Shown: piece after piece, positions 58,436-64,000 of the stretch
How positions within the stretch are numbered: position 1 is the first letter of the stretch
How the letters are laid out: each line of letters starts with the position of its first letter
Notes under the pieces: model-generated
The model's database searches: none
What the model was told of the DNA's origin: nothing
What the model saw: the letters and a program-made list of their open reading frames with translations, nothing else
Assembly: GCA_043747615.1 (NCBI GenBank)
Contig: JAYTOU010000040.1
Coordinates: 1 to 64,000, forward strand
Direction of reading: 5' to 3'
Source: Myxococcales bacterium
Lineage (GTDB): Bacteria > Myxococcota_A > Polyangia > Polyangiales > Polyangiaceae
Length of the DNA: 64,000 nucleotides
Position numbers and translations under genes: made by a program

Positions 58436-59905
58436 CTACTTCTTGTCGGCGGGAGCCGCAGGAGTGGCGGGCGCGGCAGGAGCGTTCCCAGCAGCCGGAG
58501 CAGCACCCGGAGCCGGAGCAGGCTCGGGCTCGACGCCCAGGTTGAGGAAGTTGATGGTGTCGTCGATGTCCTGCATGCGCTCTTTCGAGCGCTTCACGGC
58601 GCCGTCGTACTCGGGCTTGCCTGCCGCCTTTTGTACGAAGCTGTCGAAGATCCCCTTTGCCTGGGTGAGCGAGGCGATGACCTTGGGTTTGTCGCCACCC
58701 GACTTGGCCTTGTATTCCTGGGTGAGAATGCCTTCATTGTAGAATGCATCCGGGCGCGCGCCGTCGATCTTCTTCGCGGTGTCGAGCTCGCCTTGCACGG
58801 CGGCGAGCTGCGCGTCGTAGTTCGAGTCGTTGATGAGCCCGCGGAGGGCGAGCGCCAATCCGAGGTGCGCGTCGTAGTCGTTGGGGTGCATCTCGAGGGC
58901 CTTTTTGTAGGCTCCTGCGGCCTGCTCGAAGCCGCGAAACGACAAGTTGACCGCCGCATAGTTCATTTGTGCTTCGAAGAACTTCGGATCGAGCTTCGCG
59001 GCATTCGCAAACTCGCTCACCGCGCTGTTCACCTGCCCAAGCTCGTTTTGGATGAGCCCAGCGGTGTTGTGGATGGGCGCGTAGCCGGCATTCTTGCGGA
59101 TCGCTTGCGAGCAAACGAGGGCCGCGAGCTCGAGTTGCTGCACGTCGGCGCGCTTGCCCATGGCAGCGTTGGTGGCGATGGATCGACCGCGGCTTCCCTT
59201 CCCGCTCGACTTCACTGCACCCGCGCGCTTCTTGGCTTGCTGGAAGTAGAAAAGAGCGAGCTGGTTGAACGCGGGCATGTACGCGTCGTCGATGGCCAGG
59301 GCGCGCTGAAGGTTTTTCTTCGCGCACTCCATGTCGTCTTTGCAGCCGTCGCCGGGGGCGGCGGAGTCACGCGACATCTGGAAAAGCGCGAGGTTGACGA
59401 GCGCCGGAACGTTCTGAAACTGCGCGTCCAAAACGGCTTGCTGGAGAGCGGCGATCGCTGCGTCTTCGTTGCTGTCTGCCTTGTACTGATAGAGGGCGAG
59501 CTGAACGCGCGCGTTGTGGAACTTCGGGTCGTCGCTCAGCGACTTCTGAAAGTGCGCCTTGGCCTGACCGTCGTTCCCGCAGCGCTGGTACGACAAGCCT
59601 GCGTTGAACGTAGCTTCCGGGAACTTCCCGGCTGCCTGCTTCGAGGCGGCGCTCTCGAACTGCTTTGCGCTGTCGGAGCAGGTGGCGTCGTTCCAGTCGT
59701 TCGCCTTGTCGTGCGCGTTGAACGCTTCGAGCGCGGCGTTGAACTGGGCCTGGGCATCTGCGCTGACCGCGGGCTTCTCAGGTACTTTTGTGGGGCCCGA
59801 GGGTGTCGTCCCCGTCTTTACCTCTGCGCCCCCGCCGCCGCACGCGGCCACGGAGGAGAGAAGCCCCATCATCAGAATCGCGGGCAGAATGGATTTCGTT
59901 TTCAT
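58436..59905 (-). CDS. gltE: Gliding-motility TPR lipoprotein GltE (AglT)
   Basis: Lipobox VAAC; TPR repeats; position between gltD and gltF. Confidence 0.82.
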   Translation of the reverse strand: MKTKSILPAILMMGLLSSVAACGGGGAEVKTGTTPSGPTKVPEKPAVSADAQAQFNAALEAFNAHDKANDWNDATCSDSAKQFESAASKQAAGKFPEATFNAGLSYQRCGNDGQAKAHFQKSLSDDPKFHNARVQLALYQYKADSNEDAAIAALQQAVLDAQFQNVPALVNLALFQMSRDSAAPGDGCKDDMECAKKNLQRALAIDDAYMPAFNQLALFYFQQAKKRAGAVKSSGKGSRGRSIATNAAMGKRADVQQLELAALVCSQAIRKNAGYAPIHNTAGLIQNELGQVNSAVSEFANAAKLDPKFFEAQMNYAAVNLSFRGFEQAAGAYKKALEMHPNDYDAHLGLALALRGLINDSNYDAQLAAVQGELDTAKKIDGARPDAFYNEGILTQEYKAKSGGDKPKVIASLTQAKGIFDSFVQKAAGKPEYDGAVKRSKERMQDIDDTINFLNLGVEPEPAPAPGAAPAAGNAPAAPATPAAPADKK

Positions 59906-59916
59906 GGTGATCACCT

Positions 59917-62900
59917 TCACTTCTTCTTCTGCCCAGGAAGTCCGCCGCCCTGTCGACCCTTCGGCTTGGCGCCACCACCACCCCCGCCACCGCCGGTCTT
60001 GGGGGATGCGTTCTTGACCGCCGGTTTGTCGGAGTCGGACGACGTCGCCGTTCCGATCGCTTTGTCTGCCGGACCGCTGTTCGCGGGGTGCCAAAGCTGG
60101 CCTCCCACGACAAGGGGCGGCGACTTGTCGTCGAGGCCGCTGTTGGAGAGCGTCGGCGCGCCACGGAGCTCGTCGACGACGTGGTATTCAGCCTTGTAGT
60201 TCTTGGCGAGCCACACTTCGCAGCTTCGGGAGAACTGGTCGAAGTACTGAAACTTCACGGAGTACGCGAGGCACGTCACGAGCGCCGGCTTGGCCTTCCC
60301 GGCCTTGACCGGCTCGCTCTTGCCGTCGAGCGCGTCGTAGTAGATGCCGCGCATCTCGGCGTCCTTCTTCCATGCCGTCGGAATCGGCGCAGCGCGGAAG
60401 TCGTCGACGAAGCCGCCCCACATGAGACCGACGCGGGAGCCCGCCGCGATGACCCACTTCGGCGGCGCATCGGGCTGGAGATCGACGATCTTCTTGTATT
60501 CTGCAGCTACTTTGTCGATCGCCGGACCCTTCTTTTCGAGCCAATCCTTCACCTTGGTATTGATGTGCTTGAGCACGTCTTCCTTGGTGCCGGCTCCCTT
60601 GTATTCCGGGAACTTGATCGGATCGACGATGGTGCGTTTCTGCTTCTCCGCGAAGTAGAAGTACGCTTCACCGACTGCGTTCAGCGCTTTTCCGAGCCGC
60701 TTCCCTTTTTGACCTTCGTCTTCGCCGGGGTAGGCCTCGTTGATCTTCTTCACGGCTGTCGCCGGATCGGACCAGATGGCACGGACGCGGCTGTATTCGG
60801 CGTCCGCGCCGATGTCGGCTTTGGTGTTGACGTAGGCACGACCGAGCGTTGCGTGAGCCTGGACCTGCACGTCGGGCGATGCTTTGTCGAAGAGTGCCTT
60901 CGAGCCTTCGAGCGACGTGCGGGCCGCTTTCCAGTCTTCTTTTTCAGCGTAGTGATTGCCGATTGCGAAGGCGATGGAGGCGGTCGTCGTGGGCTTCGAT
61001 GCGCCGTAGTTCTTGCGGAAGTCGGACGCGTCCGTAATCGCTTTATCTTCGTCGCCGAGACCCAGTCGCAAGAGAACGGCGTCGCTCAGCGCGCTGTCTG
61101 CATTCTCTGCTTTCGGATTTTCGCGGGCGTATTTCTCGAACCACTCGGCCGCCTGATCGTAGACGGCGATCGCCTGATAGTTGCCGCCGATTTCGTAGGT
61201 GGCCTTCTTGGCGAGCTCACCTTTTTCCATGTGGAAGCGCGAGTCGAGGAGGGTCCGGCGGGCCAAGATCGACTTGGCGACGAGGCGCGCAGCCTGGAAC
61301 GAACGGGCGGAGTTGTAGACGATTTCGTCGAGCTTCTCGCACTGCGCCGGCTGACCCGCGAGGATCGGGCCTTCGCCGTATTTTCGCCAAAGCTCGAAGT
61401 ACGTGTTGCCCGCTTGCTCGTAGGTGCCGAGCGCGGAGGCCCCTCCCTTGTCGGCCAGCTCGACGAGCTTCTGCGCTTTGAGACGCTGAATGTCGCACTG
61501 GATCTTGGTGAGGGTCGTGCACTGCTCGGCGTTCTTCGTGGCCTTCTCGCCGCCGCAGTAGAGCTCGATGAACTTGGGAACGTCCGACGCCATGTCGTCG
61601 TAGCAAGACGGCCGCGGGGGGTTGGAGTGCGCACCGAGAACGTTGACGCTCTCGAGATAAAGCTGAGCGGCGTAGATTCCAACGTCGCGATCGCTGTTGT
61701 CCAACGCGATTTCACGGAAGGCGATGGCCGCTTCTTCCCAGTGCTGCGATTCGAAGTACGTGCGCGCTCGGGCGTACTTCACTTCGACGAGCTGGTCCTG
61801 GCCGGTCGCGTCCGTCTTCGCCGGGTGGATGTAGCAAATGTAGCGGTTGAAGGCGGTGACCATGCCCTTCTGATTGTCGGTGAAAGCCTTGGGCGCGAGC
61901 TTCGCGTCCTCTTCGGTCTTCTGGTCTGCTGCGCTCTTCTTGCTGCTGCTCGACTGGCCGGGAAGGTTGCCCGCGCCCTGACGATCGGTGCCGCCTTTGT
62001 GAATCTGCTCGTAGATGTTCTGGTAGCAGAGCACGGAGGCGTACGCGGCCTCTGCGGCTTCGGGAGCCGTGGGGTTTTCGGCAACGACGCTATCGAAGGC
62101 CGGACCGCAATCTGCCCAGCGCTGCTGGAAATACAGAAGGTCGGCCATTGCGTATTTGATCTTGTAGATGTTCGGCCAATCTTCTTTGACGACGCGCGGG
62201 AACTGGAAGGTTGCGAACTCCTGCGCGTTCCAGGTGTCGACCACCTTCTTGTAGAGATAAGCGGCGAGGCCCATCGTTTTCGGATCGCCCGTGCCGCGCT
62301 GTCCGCCGGAGCCGACGGTCTCGAGGTGCCAGGCCATCGCGGTTTCCGTGGCGAGAGCGGCTGTCTTGTTCGCGCACTCCTGCTTCGATTCCGCGCTGTG
62401 ATTGCCGGCCTTGAAGTCGTTGTAGGCTTTGATCTGATTGTCGACTTCGCCCTTGATGGCCTCCTTGTTTCCGGATTTCATCGCCAGCGTCGCTTCGGTG
62501 ATGTGCGCCTGGTAGAGGCAGTGCTTGTCGCCGTTGCGGTCGCGAACCATGAGATCGCGGTAGAGGCTGATCGCCTCGGGATAATGGCCCGTATCGAGAT
62601 AGTTGTTCCCGAGGTCGTCCATCATCTTGAACGTTTTTTCGTTCGAGCCAGCCGCGTCTCCCGAGAGGTTGTGGAAGAAGTTGTAGGCCGCGCTCGGATC
62701 ACCCTTAAGGGCGTAAACGGGGATGACGTCGCGACGCGCGCTGTCCGCAAGCTTGGCGGCTCCGGGGGTCTGGCTGAATTGGACGCCGTAGTCGATCGTC
62801 TTCTTGAATGCGTTGAGCGACTTGTCGAGCTCGCCCTTGTTCCAGAAGACGTACGCCAGCTTGTACCACGCGTAGCCGTAGACCTTGTTGGTGGCCGCCG

Positions 62901-63759
62901 GGAACTTGATGACTTCGACGTACGCCTGCGCCGCGAGATCCCACTTGGACGGATCGCCCTGGGCCTCGTTGAAGAAGAGCTCACCGAATGCCAAGTACGC
63001 ATTCGGGATGTACTTCGAGTTTGGCATCTTGTTGATGAGCTCGAGATACACTTTGCGAGCATTCGCGTTGTCGCTCGACTGCTCGTACTCGTACGCGAGG
63101 TAGTAAAGAACCTCGTCGAGCTGCGGATAGTTCGGATACTCCGCGCGAATCATATTGTAGTTCGCTTCGGCCAAGCCGCGGGCGCGCGTCATGATCTGCG
63201 CGGCCTGGTTGGCGGCCGCCTGCTTTTGGCTGGCCACCGCCGGATTCGTCTTCTTGTTGGCGTCGCGTTCGATCTCCGCCATCGTCTTTTCGCGGGTCGC
63301 GGCGCTCTCGAGCTCGACGTAGTCCTCGGCGAGACGGCGGGCGAGCGTGGGGCGATCGGGTGCGTTCTTCGGAGTGGTGCGGAAGAGACTTTCCAGCCCT
63401 GAAATCTCTGTCACGAGAAGCGCTTTCGCGCGGGACGCGAGACGGTTCTTCCGCTGATCGCGCTCGGGCGCGCCTTCGCTCGGCGCGCTTGGCGCTTTCT
63501 GCTGATCGCGCTTTTTGAGATCGGCAGGAGGCGGCGCGCTGTGGAAGTTGACCTTCGGAGCCTTGCCGCGACCGGCGACGTCGAACGACGTAGGACCGTT
63601 GTTCGAGCAGGCCGACAGCGTCTTCTTGGCGTCCTCGGTGACGCAGGCACCGCCAGCGGTGGGCGTGGAAGCGGCGGCTGGGCCGGACTGCTGGGCGGTG
63701 GCTGTCGCCGCCGAGGTGGACAACGCAATCACCAACAAAGAAGAGAGAACGCGACTCAT
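59917..63759 (-). CDS. gltD: Gliding-motility TPR protein GltD (AgmU)
   Basis: Signal peptide; YPNYPQLDEVLYYLAY, SKYIPNAYLAFGELFF, YAWYKLAY TPR clusters; ~1280 aa. Confidence 0.85.
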   Translation of the reverse strand: MSRVLSSLLVIALSTSAATATAQQSGPAAASTPTAGGACVTEDAKKTLSACSNNGPTSFDVAGRGKAPKVNFHSAPPPADLKKRDQQKAPSAPSEGAPERDQRKNRLASRAKALLVTEISGLESLFRTTPKNAPDRPTLARRLAEDYVELESAATREKTMAEIERDANKKTNPAVASQKQAAANQAAQIMTRARGLAEANYNMIRAEYPNYPQLDEVLYYLAYEYEQSSDNANARKVYLELINKMPNSKYIPNAYLAFGELFFNEAQGDPSKWDLAAQAYVEVIKFPAATNKVYGYAWYKLAYVFWNKGELDKSLNAFKKTIDYGVQFSQTPGAAKLADSARRDVIPVYALKGDPSAAYNFFHNLSGDAAGSNEKTFKMMDDLGNNYLDTGHYPEAISLYRDLMVRDRNGDKHCLYQAHITEATLAMKSGNKEAIKGEVDNQIKAYNDFKAGNHSAESKQECANKTAALATETAMAWHLETVGSGGQRGTGDPKTMGLAAYLYKKVVDTWNAQEFATFQFPRVVKEDWPNIYKIKYAMADLLYFQQRWADCGPAFDSVVAENPTAPEAAEAAYASVLCYQNIYEQIHKGGTDRQGAGNLPGQSSSSKKSAADQKTEEDAKLAPKAFTDNQKGMVTAFNRYICYIHPAKTDATGQDQLVEVKYARARTYFESQHWEEAAIAFREIALDNSDRDVGIYAAQLYLESVNVLGAHSNPPRPSCYDDMASDVPKFIELYCGGEKATKNAEQCTTLTKIQCDIQRLKAQKLVELADKGGASALGTYEQAGNTYFELWRKYGEGPILAGQPAQCEKLDEIVYNSARSFQAARLVAKSILARRTLLDSRFHMEKGELAKKATYEIGGNYQAIAVYDQAAEWFEKYARENPKAENADSALSDAVLLRLGLGDEDKAITDASDFRKNYGASKPTTTASIAFAIGNHYAEKEDWKAARTSLEGSKALFDKASPDVQVQAHATLGRAYVNTKADIGADAEYSRVRAIWSDPATAVKKINEAYPGEDEGQKGKRLGKALNAVGEAYFYFAEKQKRTIVDPIKFPEYKGAGTKEDVLKHINTKVKDWLEKKGPAIDKVAAEYKKIVDLQPDAPPKWVIAAGSRVGLMWGGFVDDFRAAPIPTAWKKDAEMRGIYYDALDGKSEPVKAGKAKPALVTCLAYSVKFQYFDQFSRSCEVWLAKNYKAEYHVVDELRGAPTLSNSGLDDKSPPLVVGGQLWHPANSGPADKAIGTATSSDSDKPAVKNASPKTGGGGGGGGAKPKGRQGGGLPGQKKK

Positions 63760-63764
63760 ATGAA

Positions 63765-64000
63765 CTACCTCCCGCACTTCGACGTGATGGTCTGGCGGTA
63801 ATATCCGAGCTCGTCACGCCAATACTCGCCGTTGAACGGCCAGATCACGTGCTCTTCGTCGGGCTTGACGATATTGGCTTTCGATTCCGCCGCAGTGACC
63901 TGCCCGCCGGCGATGGCGACGTCGAGCTGGTTACGTTGGGCGGCAGTGATGTCGATCAAGATCTTCGCGCTGTTGCGGAGGTGCTCGTTCAGCTCGTCCA
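63765..64000 (-). CDS. gltC: C-terminus of gliding-motility protein GltC (partial, continues beyond the window)
   Basis: Characteristic ending WPFNGEYWRDELGYY..SKC. Confidence 0.75.
   Translation of the reverse strand, partial: DELNEHLRNSAKILIDITAAQRNQLDVAIAGGQVTAAESKANIVKPDEEHVIWPFNGEYWRDELGYYRQTITSKCGR

Noticed and set aside
60088..63402. 1104-aa plus-strand ORF, and many similar long antisense ORFs (e.g. 23540-24718, 43203-44588, 54690-56249, 30796-32439)
   Set aside because: They are shadows of well-supported genes on the opposite strand, expected from high GC3 bias, and have no recognisable motifs.

Overview
High-GC myxobacterial chromosome segment; the gene content (MYXO-CTERM protein, FHA-sigma54 activator, Glt gliding genes) suggests a Polyangiaceae-like organism. 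Positions 828-21865 are a ~21 kb integrative element inserted in an initiator tRNA-Met gene. It is bounded by a perfect 45-bp direct repeat, has matching putative integrase arm sites at both ends, and has displaced the tRNA terminator to the far end. Its backbone is satellite-like: tyrosine integrase, HTH excisionase, CHC2/TOPRIM primase and DUF3987 helicase-like gene, with no capsid, terminase or conjugation genes seen. A shared palindromic operator precedes both int and xis. The cargo is a defence cluster: a Type III Mod with N-terminal SAP/Rho-N-like helical motifs, a Type III Res carrying a C-terminal LexA/S24-type peptidase domain, a GmrSD-type Type IV nuclease with extra C-terminal domains, and a HEPN protein. 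The element also carries an IS21 left-end remnant and a large MYXO-CTERM beta-propeller surface protein. The rest (21.9-64 kb) is core genome: FrgA-like gene, hemD, hemB, ppa, ribE-ribB(X)-ribH-nusB, NUDIX, amiC, a TPR/PEGA pair, an FHA-sigma54 activator, and a gliding-motility cluster gltC(partial)-gltD-gltE-gltF-gltG-TPR-gltI(agmK). All family assignments come from motif recognition by eye; no database search was run.
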